This document shows positions 1-9,940 of a stretch of DNA of 64,000 nt, piece by piece. Location of the stretch: contig NIVC01003318.1 in the NCBI GenBank assembly GCA_002269645.1, forward strand, positions 40,233 to 104,232, written 5' to 3'. How positions within the stretch are numbered: the first letter of the stretch is position 1; the number at the start of each line of letters is the position of its first letter. The translations under genes were made by a program, and so were the position numbers. Under the pieces are notes generated by a model that was not told where the DNA came from, made no database searches, and saw only the letters and a program-made list of their open reading frames with translations. Source of the stretch: Macrostomum lignano (lineage: Eukaryota).

Positions 1-732
1 TGAACTTATTCCAAAGTAATGTACATTTGCTATGTACATTGAGCCCTATCGCCTGACCCTTAGTCTGGGGGGAATGAGTTTGGTGAGCCGCACGAACAAC
101 AGAAAAAGCAAACTTCACATGCTTACAGTTTCTGTTCTGATTGAGTTACAGAGTTGACACTTTTAACAGACAGTATTTAGACAGAGATCGAGTAAGTCAA
201 TGAAATATTGTCAAGTTTGAAGTCAACCGCATCAAAGTTAGTCATTTTTTAAACTCATTTAAACTCATTTTTTCTTACTTTAAACTCATTTTAAACTCAT
301 ACCCCCTCTGGGCCAGATCAGGAGAGGCAGGCGGAGGCTGGGTGGCTGTTTCGCTGACAAAAACAGCCTTAATTTAAAAGTGCACAGCGCATGTTGAAAC
401 TCGAAATCTTACACGATCACGATTGTGTCAAAATAGTTGAAGATTGTATGTGTTGAATTTGAAGAGGATTGGTGAAACTAGAGCGGCGGGCGCTATCGTC
501 GTGTATCATTAGTGAAAAAATCGCGCGTTTTGAGCAGTTTTTTGCACTTTTAGGTAGGAGGAAGACTTGGATTTAGAAAATTTTAAGGGAGCCTGATGAC
601 ACTTTCCGTAGTAAGTCTAGGGCGGATGCAAAATTTGGTGTACATGTAGTTTGGTTGAGCGGTTTGGGAATCCATAGCGAAGTAATTTGTACAGACACAC
701 AGATACACAGTTTTGATTTTTATCGTTTAAGA
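1..732 (-). mobile_element. Probable non-autonomous Helitron-like element (5' end at 732; the other end is not defined)
   Basis: The minus strand reads A|TCTTAAACGATAAAAATCAAAACTGTGTATCTGTGTGTCTGT..., the TC start + AT-rich + (TGTC)-type microsatellite layout also seen in the Helitrons at 19138 and 41503. No 3' end identified. Confidence 0.4.
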
Positions 733-1183
733 TCGAGTTTTTGATTTACAGTATAGTAGAAAGCATTATGAACAAAAACTTGAGCAACTTGACCTGAAAA
801 TTTTGTTCGTTCGGTTATAAAGAATTCAGACTATATAGCAGCTGACAGTGAATGGAGAGCTAAAAAACTGACAATTACTGACTTGTCCAACCGGAATCCA
901 TTAATGAACCGAAAAATCACTGATTGTTGCTGCAAGCTACATTATAAATTGCTGCATCTCTATCGATTACCGTTGGGATTATAGCTCGGGAAACCATTCC
1001 GCTCCCATTTTTACAAAGACTAGCCAAGAGCTAGAATCGGTCCTGTGGACAAAAAATCGTTTCTATTTCTACATCTAAAACGATGTAGTAAAATGGGATA
1101 GGTAAAATTCAATGCAAGTTCTAGTTAATTGTAAGACTTTTGACGCTTTGTGAATCAGATTTGAGCAACAAATCGTTTACCCA

Positions 1184-1239
1184 GTGTTCCCCACAGATAC
1201 TAAATACCCTAAATAGTATTTAGTATCTGTGGTGTTCCC
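1184..1239. repeat. 40-bp hairpin (16-bp stem, 8-nt loop) flanked by an 8-bp direct repeat; miniature TIR element or footprint
   Basis: CACAGATACTAAATAC (1192-1207) is the exact reverse complement of GTATTTAGTATCTGTG (1216-1231). GTGTTCCC occurs at 1184-1191 and 1232-1239. Confidence 0.7.
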
Positions 1240-1464
1240 GTAAAATAATTCTGAGAACGTCGCTGCAGAAAAACGAATGAATATCCGCTACTACAAACTG
1301 CAGTCAATAAAATAGTTCGTATGTGGAGAGTGCATTTCCATTTAGCATTTGGCTGTCTAGTCTATAAAAGCCTCATCTGCTTAATTGACTGAAGGCCTAC
1401 GCATCAATAAAGTACTTTCTGTAGACTGCGAGCAAAGCAAATAGATAAGCTCGTATTTTAGTTC

Positions 1465-1490
1465 TTTTTATTTTCTACTATGGCTTTATT
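1465..1490 (-). promoter_or_regulatory. Candidate polyadenylation signals (AATAAA) for the minus-strand GIY-YIG/hairpin transcript
   Basis: TTTATT at 1485-1490 and within ~1465-1471 on the plus strand, about 160-180 nt downstream of the paralog stop at 1646. The region is AT-rich, so chance matches are possible. Confidence 0.35.
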
Positions 1491-1645
1491 GGTGACAAAA
1501 GACTTTAATAGAATTTCTTGAAGTAGACAGAACCCTGCAACTAAACTAATAAATTAGTTACAATTATAATTACTAGTAGAAAGTTCCCATGCAAACATAT
1601 GATAAGTTTTATAGTAGGAGAATAATCTAACTTAGCATAGCAGTC

Positions 1646-2158
1646 TCAATCGCAGGTGACATTGGCGTTACGCGCCTGAGGCTGTGACTGCGGACGCTGA
1701 GCCATCGCCTCATGCAGCGCTGGCAGCGTCTGCCAGTCAATGAGCAGAGACAGATTGGCACCACCTGGCCACAGAGCGTCGAGCTGCAGCACCAACCTAT
1801 TGTACAGCTCGGCCGCGAGCAGCTGGTCAGGCTCGGGATGCAATTCAAACAGCCATTCGTCTGCTGTGCTTAGCAAAAGCATTGCGGCAGTAGCGCAGTC
1901 CAGGCACCCTGAACTAGCATTGTCACAATTCTCGTCAGATGGAAATCCGTCCAGCGATCGGTGAAGAAGGCAGCGAAATTCTGCGAGTACATCGTCGCAC
2001 GGACGACTGACGCAGCGCCAACAACGTCTGGACCTGTCGTGACGAGTTGGTAGTACAATCGATAAACTATTTATAAGCCAGGGACCACTCAACACTCGGG
2101 ACGGGAAACGACAATATTTGGAGGCCGATCTATCAATAACTTAGTCCTCGAAAAGCAT
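1646..2158 (-). pseudogene. Paralog fragment of the GIY-YIG-like domain of the 432-aa ORF; no in-frame ATG
   Basis: FRCLLHRSLDGF...ATAAMLLLSTADEWLFEL...LYNRLVLQLDALWPGGANLSL aligns with LRRLLWLAFDGL...VSAAILLTRQTDWQLTL...LQNELTLRLGCLWPRGLNSSL. The only in-frame ATG (2158) is followed by TAA after 5 codons; the ORF-track start is GTG. Confidence 0.6.
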
Positions 2159-2406
2159 CGCTTGGATTAGGTTTTTACCACAGCCACTAACCCGCTGACT
2201 ACAAGGTAGAACATATCGAAGTAATGCTTTTCGAGGACTAAGTTATTAATAGATCGGCCTCCAAATACTGTCGCTTCCCGTCCCGAGCATTGAGTAGTCC
2301 CTGGCTTATAAATAGTTTATCGATTGTACTACCAACTCGTCACGACAGGTCCAGACGCTGCCGGCGCCACGCCAGTCGTCCGTGCGACGATGTACTCGCA
2401 GAATTT
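1976..2406 (-). ncRNA. Long inverted repeat / candidate hairpin RNA (183-bp arms, 65-nt loop)
   Basis: Arms 1976-2158 and 2224-2406 aligned by hand: 171/183 identical, no indels. All 12 mismatches form G:U pairs in the minus-strand RNA. Confidence 0.72.
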
Positions 2407-3638
2407 GTACTCGCGGCAGTCTGCAGCTGGGAATAGTTGCTCATGTCATTACAACCGCTTTCCGGCTTGCTCATTTCCGACTGTAGAATTCTCGCCAGGG
2501 TATTGGCCAGGCAATCCAAGTTTGCTACAGAGTCGTCAAAAAATTCCAGCCCACCGGTCTCCGAGCGCCACCAGCCACTATGTTGTCGCACGTCTCGTCG
2601 GTACTTCAGTCTTTCTTTGGTTTGCGGCTTTGCGGCCAACTCAGCGGCCATGGCATGGAGGCGATGGCAAGCGTCGTAGTCAGCCTGATGTAACTCGCTG
2701 CTACGCTGTCGCAGCTGCTGGCAAAGCCGGCTAAACTCGCGAACAGCCTCATCGCACCGGTACAGGCCTGACTCGTCCGCCTCAAAGGCAATCCGACGCA
2801 CGTCGTCAAACTGCAGATCGGCAAGACCCAATCGTCTAGCTTCCATCGCCGTTGCAGCCTCCTCGACAACAGCTAAGTGACTTCGACTCGCGCCGTTCTC
2901 TGTGGATCGGCACCAGTCAAGCTCCCGTAGCTCCTTCAAACAGACAAGGCTCTGATTCAGACTCGAGTTCAGACCACGAGGCCATAGGCAACCTAGACGA
3001 AGCGTCAGTTCATTCTGCAAAGTCTGTCGCTCCGCCTCAGAGTCGTCAGCTGCCACGAGAGTCAGCTGCCAGTCGGTCTGACGAGTCAACAGAATCGCTG
3101 CACTGACCACTGCATCAGATTCGTCAAGTCGTCTTTGATCGCTACTCGGGCTCTCAAGTCCGTCGAAAGCCAGCCAGAGGAGACGCCGCAGCGCCTCAAT
3201 AAGTTGGTTCGCGTCGCGACCGACGTAGGCAAATGCCGGCAGCCGAGCATGACGCAAAGCGAAAACACCCGGTCCGTGAAGGCGTCGCTTTGCCTCCGTA
3301 GCCGCTTCCGATAGTCCGGCCGAATCAAGAGCCGATCGAATCAACGTGCGCTCCAGATTGGCATCGGCTATCTTGGCCTCGGACGGACGGCCCCACCAGC
3401 CCGAGCGCTGGCGAATCGCCTTGGCGAACGCACGCCTTTCGTCAGTCGGCGTCTGATTTAGCGCTGACGTATGTAGCTGCGCCACCCGGACGAGATTGCG
3501 CCAATCGTCCTGCTGGAATTGCTGCAAAGGTTTGCCACTTTGGATTCGCTTCTCCAGCTGGTTGTAGACCTCCTGAATGCCCGGTTCCAGGGCTGCCGTG
3601 CCTGGAACCAATAGGGCCTTGTTCGTTGATTCGTTCAT
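2340..3638 (-). CDS. 432-aa orphan protein with a degenerate Penelope-like GIY-YIG endonuclease domain between two repeated helical RQxSGWW domains
   Basis: Long ATG-initiated GC-rich ORF. GVF(124-126)...YVG(138-140)...R204xxxQ208...LxxLWPRGLN(215-224) matches the GIY...YIG...RxxxE..WI..L.T..P.GLN pattern of Penelope-element endonucleases. Internal repeat AIRQRSGWW / DVRQHSGWW. Confidence 0.78.
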   Translation of the reverse strand: MNESTNKALLVPGTAALEPGIQEVYNQLEKRIQSGKPLQQFQQDDWRNLVRVAQLHTSALNQTPTDERRAFAKAIRQRSGWWGRPSEAKIADANLERTLIRSALDSAGLSEAATEAKRRLHGPGVFALRHARLPAFAYVGRDANQLIEALRRLLWLAFDGLESPSSDQRRLDESDAVVSAAILLTRQTDWQLTLVAADDSEAERQTLQNELTLRLGCLWPRGLNSSLNQSLVCLKELRELDWCRSTENGASRSHLAVVEEAATAMEARRLGLADLQFDDVRRIAFEADESGLYRCDEAVREFSRLCQQLRQRSSELHQADYDACHRLHAMAAELAAKPQTKERLKYRRDVRQHSGWWRSETGGLEFFDDSVANLDCLANTLARILQSEMSKPESGCNDMSNYSQLQTAASTNSASTSSHGRLAWRRQRLDLS

Positions 3639-5409
3639 AGTCTCCGTAGCTATAAGTAAGTAACGAGTAAAATTGAAGCTCTAGAGCAAGGCTAAGTGAA
3701 ATGGAACAGGTCTGAGAAATCTTAATTAATAAACTCTGTGAGTTTGGGCTTTAAAGCCAATTCTCTCTTTTCATTTAGCGAACCTAATGCTCCTCTTATG
3801 CTGGTCTATTGTGCCTTGCTTACTAAAGACTTTTCTCTCCTTCCTTTGCCTCCACTCCTCATCTCTCTCTCCGACAGCTTTCTCTCCATTATAGTGTCTG
3901 CTTTCATCGATTTGCTCTGACGCACAGACGGTTTCTGTCAGCAGCAAGATGTGCGGAATAATATAGTACCTGTCTTTCCTATACCAGTCTCCGGCCCAGG
4001 TTCTTATAATAGCCGACTGGAAAAACAAGTTAAAGTTAGCATAGAGTATAACAGACTAGTTGGAACACTATTATGCACTGGCATGAAAACATTCTTTACT
4101 CGGAAGCGCAACGTCGCCCAGTCGCCGTTACTTTAAATATAGCAGAACGAAAACAAAAACTCCAAATAAAAGTACTCTAAAGACTCAATTTCAACTGTAA
4201 TGCAAAGTTTTTCCTAAAACTATAATTTATAAATATGCGAATAGATGTATACATAACTGACGGGTCGGCTCACAAATACGGTTTCATCATTTCATTATGA
4301 AGGGTCAACATTTTTATTGCATCAGAGATGCATCGGAGTCAGTTGTTTGTCGATTAGTTGTCAGTAAATTTTGTGGTCGATTTGCAGTTTGAGCTAATCT
4401 GATTGTGCTTGTCGAGCGCCGTTCGTCACCATTGCCTTTTATTTGTGGAATTATTAGTTATAGTTTAGTAATTATTATTACTGTGCCTCTGCCAAATTAT
4501 TGTTTGGCTTTTATTGTAACTAGTGGTAGTCGTTGTTAGTTGTGGTTAGTCGGTCTCGAAAGAGGCCGTTCGGGTTACAAATTATACTTACCATTGCAAC
4601 CTAATTTAACCGAATTTAATTTAACCTAATTTAACCTAATATGCTGCTAGATACTGACAAGCAAGTATATTCAAAGCAAAATTTAAACAGCGCTTTCTAT
4701 TTGAACTTCAGCGTATTTTGGAAGCGACAAGTCAAAGAACAGAACCATCGCAAAAAGATGCTGTGAAAATTTAAAAAGGAAAAGAAAAGACTTTATTTGA
4801 GGGAATAACCTGGGAAATGACGATTTCATAACTCGTACAAACTTAATGCTCTCATATGGAAGCGCGGTAGCCGATTAAACGATTTGAAGACACGTTATTG
4901 AAAACATACAGTCAAGTTATTATGCCCTGTTGCTGGTCTTTCAATGTTCAAGCGATTAGCACGTAGTGGCTCTTTTTAGTACTAATAGTAATCTTTCAAG
5001 AGTAATCGCTTGGCCACTGTTGGGTCAGGCAATCATGGAATTTTTTTTTAGTTCGGCAGCTCTTTTTGCTTCAAAGTCGGCGCCCTCTGCTGCAGAAACT
5101 GCTTCTGTCAATATTGGCAATTGCCTATCAGCTGTTGAATCATTAATGCACAGATTTCTTTATAAGCTGTTGGCTGCCTACTGAAAGCTGCAATCTTGAG
5201 GCTGCATGCAGAATACCGGAGCAAACTGTTGTTGCGTTTCTCTATTAATAGGAGTTATAAGTAGATGCACTTTGATCCAACGCGGCGCAGGGAGGTGCGA
5301 TAAAAGTCAGCCCTGATAGTCGATATGGTTAGTCGAACGGCCCAGTATTTGAGTTGGGGTTTTACTGTTTCCTAATGCTCAAAACTTTTTGGTCTATTCA
5401 GTAGGTTTA

Positions 5410-5600
5410 ATCAATCAATTTTCGCAGGAGGGCTGTTCAGTCCAAGGACTGGGGGGAGGGGGAGTCGCCACACGCACCCTCAATTACACCAGCTAATGCT
5501 GGCACCCATTTTACAATGCTGACACCAGTGGAATCAGGAATCGAACCCTCAACCTTCAAGTCATGAATCCGATGCTCTAACCACTAGGTTACAACACTAG
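5410..5600 (-). mobile_element. tRNA-derived SINE family A, internally deleted copy
   Basis: The minus strand has a tRNA-like head with B box GGTTCGATTCC. Shares GGCTGTTCAGTCCAAGGACTGGG...CAGCTAATGCTGGCACCCATTTTACA with the copies at 27690 and 56402. Confidence 0.75.
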
Positions 5601-6474
5601 GAAAAATGCGAAAAGGTGTTAAAAAGCTTTCCAGAGCATTTACCCTGCCCACTGTAAATCATCTTGATAGCACTTTCTACGCTGATACCGGGGTAAATGT
5701 CATTAATGAAAATAATTAAGTCACCTACGCTTTGGAGCTCTTAGAGCGTTTTTACACGTTCAGGCAGAAAATACGGCTCGTAGTATTGCGCAGATTGAGC
5801 AACCGTTTATCGGAGCTTTCTGCATTCACTGTAGGTTAATACGCAAAGCTCATAAATTCACCTGATTATTTGAGGCATAGAAAAGTGTAGTAACTTATAT
5901 TAAGAAATGACAGAATTTGGTTAAAATTGTCAATAGTTATTATCGAAACATGCGCCGCTCCGATCAACATTTTAAGAACAAATTTAGCTATGGAAAATCA
6001 GTATACAGGCATCCGTGCAGCATGGTACACAGAGTCTCCATTGGTTTGTGCTGACTAACGCAGCTCCTGTCGTCCCATTTAACGGACAGATGCTTCAATT
6101 TACGGGGCGAATGGTTGGGATTGCAGGGCTTTCCGAGAAGCTCGATAGCCCAAATAAGTTTGGCCGTCTCCGCTGAAATTTGATCCTGACAGAAAGAAAA
6201 TTTATGGCGAAACCAACACGGCGCACTGGAGAAGCTCAGAAGCAGCCATTTGCACTAAAAATACTGAAACCTTTGAGTAGAAATCGAGCAGGCTGGAATC
6301 AGCACCAACTTGGTAAATTATTTATTTGAATTTCGGCTACTGGCTGCAAGACTTTCAGAAAATTCCGCGACCATAAATTCATAGTTTAAAAAGCACTCAC
6401 TTCTATTTCAAGCTTTTTTTGTCAAAAATTTATTGCACTTTGATAATTCTATTCTGACTTAAGACAGGGTCCTT

Positions 6475-6695
<221 letters not shown>

Positions 6696-7403
6696 AACTT
6701 TAAAGTTCAGTATGTGACACTGTTTATTTATCTTTAAGTACAGAAAAATCGAGCAACGTTGTTCTTCTAGTAGAGCCATTGGTCACTGAACAAGAACTAA
6801 CCATTAGCAAGCAGCTCAATGCCTATTTGACTGCTTACTGTCCTTAATCCCTTTGCTGAAGCAGTATTTTAAATTGTACTTTTTTATATTGGTTTAATAA
6901 ATTCTGTTAGAATAAAAAATTAGGCAATTCTTCCCTCACATTTTGTTCTAAAAGTATAAATTTGCTTCCATATTTTACAGATAACTTACGGGCACTTTCC
7001 AAAAACTAAAAAATGACATTACCTTCTTTAAAAAAATCGTAACCTATTTTTTAACCCGTAAAAATCGTTGTGCCTATCCATGAAATAGTTGATTTTGCAT
7101 CGATTTAAAACCTACATCTATTATCGATTTTATTCAACCTACGACGCAATTTCCTATTCAGTTTAATGCCATTCCTTTAAATAAAACAATTCGAGGGTCG
7201 AATATTTTGGCAAAAATAGTTTTACAGTGAGTTCAAACGCTTTAATTTCCAACGTCCAATCAAAAGCGACGAGACAGACATGGCGCAATAGGCTTCGTAC
7301 CGAGGCTATTATGTGGGTATCTGTATTTATAAGAGTTGCCAGCAGCATCTCAAGAGCGCACTCCAAGTTAGGCGGAAAATTGAAGGAAAGGAATTTCTTA
7401 GAA

Positions 7404-8615
7404 ATGTCACTGAAAGTCGCGAACGACTCTGAGTCGGAATCGTCCGTTTGCGAGGCCTATTGTCAGGCGAATACAATTTTGTGGAGCGTTCTGCTTCCGC
7501 CACTCTTAGCCGTTGGCCTGATAGGCAACTTGCTCATTGTGCTTGTGTTCAGTACTAGTACCAAACGACGGCGAAGGAAGCCGGTCCTCTGCATCACCAT
7601 GGTGACGCTGGCCTGCGCCGATCTGCTCGTGTTCCTGTTCCCCATCACGCGGCACTGGCTGAGACACGCCAAGCTCTACATCAGCTTTGACGTGCAAACT
7701 TTGGGCACAGGTGTCTGCAAGACGCACGAGTTTCTCGTCTACTTCTCGTTGATGTTCAGCATCTGGATGGTGGTGCTGGTGTCCGGAGAGAGATTCACCA
7801 TCATCTGTTTCCCCTTGCGTCGATCGCGACTCCTGACGCCGCGTCGAATCGTCGCTGTGATTGTTGCTATCATAACTGTCTCTGCACTGCTCAATGTGCA
7901 TTTCTTTTGGACTCGCGAATTCGTCTGGAACCACCAACTGAACCGAATGAGCTGTCAGAATGCGCGTTCGGGTCTGGACGCGTTCATTTCTAAATCGGTT
8001 CACCCCTTCGTAGACATGACCTTCACCGCTGGGCTGCCCCTCCTGCTATTGGTCATCTTCACTGGGGCGATCGCGCACAGACTTTACCAAAGAAGTCGCC
8101 AGCTTAAAACTCTGACAGCCGGGCTCAGCAACTGCTCGCCAGCTGGACGGCAGCATCGCCTGCTCACGCCAACCACGCGAATGGTGCTGCCTGTGCCGCT
8201 GTTGTTCATCCCGCTGGCGATGCCCGTGAAGTTCTGGCTAGTTGTGCACCACGGCAAGGGCATTCCGGGCTCCGTCCAGCCGGGCACGCCCGAGTACCAC
8301 AGTGTCCGGCTGGGCTGGTCCGGCCTTCTGTTCCTGCAGTTCTGCAACTTCGCCTGCAACTTCTTTATTTACAGTCTGATGTCCGCCGACTTTCGCGCCG
8401 ACTTGGCCAGACTTTTGTGCGGCCGGTGCCGTCGCCGGGTCTGGTGTCGCCGGGGTGAGCAGTCGGCCTCGACCAGATCGGCGCCGCCAACCGCAGCCGC
8501 AGCAGTAGACGCCGCCGATGTCGTTGTGAACGACAGGAAGATGGTGCTAGCAAGCAACTTTGATGACGCGAGCTCGGTCTACCAGATGCAGCTCCGGTCT
8601 TGCAGACGATGTTAA
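7404..8615 (+). CDS. Intronless rhodopsin-class (class A) GPCR, peptide/orphan receptor-like, ~403 aa
   Basis: Seven hydrophobic segments: TM1 GLIGN, TM2 LACADL, Cys at the top of TM3, ERF at the DRY position followed by ICFPL, Cys in ECL2, TM7 NFFIY, helix 8 FRADL. Likely start is ATG 7404, in frame with the ORF opened at 7227. Confidence 0.9.
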   Translation: MSLKVANDSESESSVCEAYCQANTILWSVLLPPLLAVGLIGNLLIVLVFSTSTKRRRRKPVLCITMVTLACADLLVFLFPITRHWLRHAKLYISFDVQTLGTGVCKTHEFLVYFSLMFSIWMVVLVSGERFTIICFPLRRSRLLTPRRIVAVIVAIITVSALLNVHFFWTREFVWNHQLNRMSCQNARSGLDAFISKSVHPFVDMTFTAGLPLLLLVIFTGAIAHRLYQRSRQLKTLTAGLSNCSPAGRQHRLLTPTTRMVLPVPLLFIPLAMPVKFWLVVHHGKGIPGSVQPGTPEYHSVRLGWSGLLFLQFCNFACNFFIYSLMSADFRADLARLLCGRCRRRVWCRRGEQSASTRSAPPTAAAAVDAADVVVNDRKMVLASNFDDASSVYQMQLRSCRRC

Positions 8616-9679
8616 ACTTCAGTAAAAAGAATTGAGAGACATTACGAAAGTCAAATATTTTTTATAAATAATATTTACCTGTACAATAAGATTTGTTTTC
8701 GTCTAGTCGGATTATGAACTCAAGTATGATTGGATCTTATTTACTGTTACATGTAATGTCTTATACATTTGTTGAATTATATTATCCGGAGTTAATCTAA
8801 ACACCATCAGATCCACAAGCTAATTTTAACATAAATTTTGCCCCATCCTGCACACCTTTCTACGCAGTAGAGATTAATTACCAGAAAATTCACTAGATAT
8901 TTGTGTTGCCATATACCAGTGCAAATACGAGCAGCAAATAAATTACAAAAAAAAAATTAATTCCATTCTGAGTGTGATATTAAAATTTCGTTCCGTAGAC
9001 ACACAAAATTGTTAAAGCATGCAGTTTGGGTGCATGCAGTTCACTGTACTGACTGAATTTATATGCGTTTCCATGTGCACAACACTGTCGCATGTTTGAA
9101 TATTAAAGCTCTCCCTCTGATTCATAGAACTCACTCCGTTGTCTTGTTCAGGTGGAAATGTCCCTGCCGGAGTCTCACGGAGAGCTGCTAAGCTCAACAA
9201 TTATACAATTATTAATGCTGAATTAGCGTACTTTGTGTTGTCTAATTCACTAATAAAGTGGTATTTCTCCCGCTATCTAACCTATGCCCCGTTTAACTGA
9301 GTCCGGTGAGATGAAGAGAAACTGCTGGATGCCAGTTTTATTCACACTGAATTTGTCTATGGCAAAACCAAGGTGTACTCAAGTAGAAGGACGGAAAAGT
9401 ACGGTTCTTGGAAAATTTTAAAAGGCAGGTTTTACCAAAGAAATACATTACGGAGATTGGACTTGGAGCTGGTTTTCATTTTTCCAGCAAAAAAATGTTA
9501 TTGCTTTTGATAGAAGGGAGGCACAATTTTCATCTTTTGATATGCCTTGCCTTTCTTATAGACTTATTGATATTCATAAAGTTTTTCGTTACGTTTTTTT
9601 AAATTTTTCAAGAATTCAGTTTCTCCTTCTACTCGAGTAGCCCTTGAGTGAAACTCCATCCAGCGCCAGGTATCAAAGG

Positions 9680-9940
9680 ATCGAGATTAGGAGTTAGGGT
9701 TAAGTCGTGGCTTAAAGAGAGGATTTAATACCAAAGCTCCAAGCTGGAATACTGATATCCTAGGCTAGATAGCTGGCTTTCGAGGTGAATGCTTTTTGCT
9801 TTAAACACATCAGGTTCTTTCAGAAACTAACAATATCTAACAATATTCAGTGATTGTACAAGGTCAAAATATGGATTTAGTTTATTCTAGCAAGTTGCTT
9901 CTCTCTTTGTTGCCTCCCATCGGGGGGCGCAGATCGCTAG
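9680..9940 (+). mobile_element. 3' part of a Helitron related to the 41503-43821 element
   Basis: GCCTCCCATCGGGGGGC hairpin followed by CTAG|T (9937-9941), nearly the same as the terminus at 43790-43822. Degenerate TTAGGG at ~9686-9700. 5' end not found. Confidence 0.55.

Noticed and set aside
1870-2734. MYYQLVTTGPD... twin ORFs (1870-2058 minus, 2324-2734 plus)
   Set aside because: They start at TTG and are off-frame readings of the two hairpin arms; the frame homologous to the 432-aa protein is a different one.
1400-4200. Hammerhead ribozyme expected for a Penelope-like locus
   Set aside because: CTGACGA cores occur (e.g. 3078 on plus; ~1932, ~3043, ~3440 on minus), but none is followed by stem II plus GAAA. 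An Infernal search would be decisive.
5540-5600. tRNA genes at SINE heads (also 10850-10906, 17223-17290, 27920-27980, 28843-28910, 56402-56470, 60630-60693)
   Set aside because: A/B boxes are present, but the cloverleaf and acceptor stem are degenerate and each continues into a shared SINE body.
7227-7403. 59-codon N-terminal extension of the GPCR ORF
   Set aside because: It starts at GTG; the first in-frame ATG at 7404 gives a normal short N-terminus before TM1.
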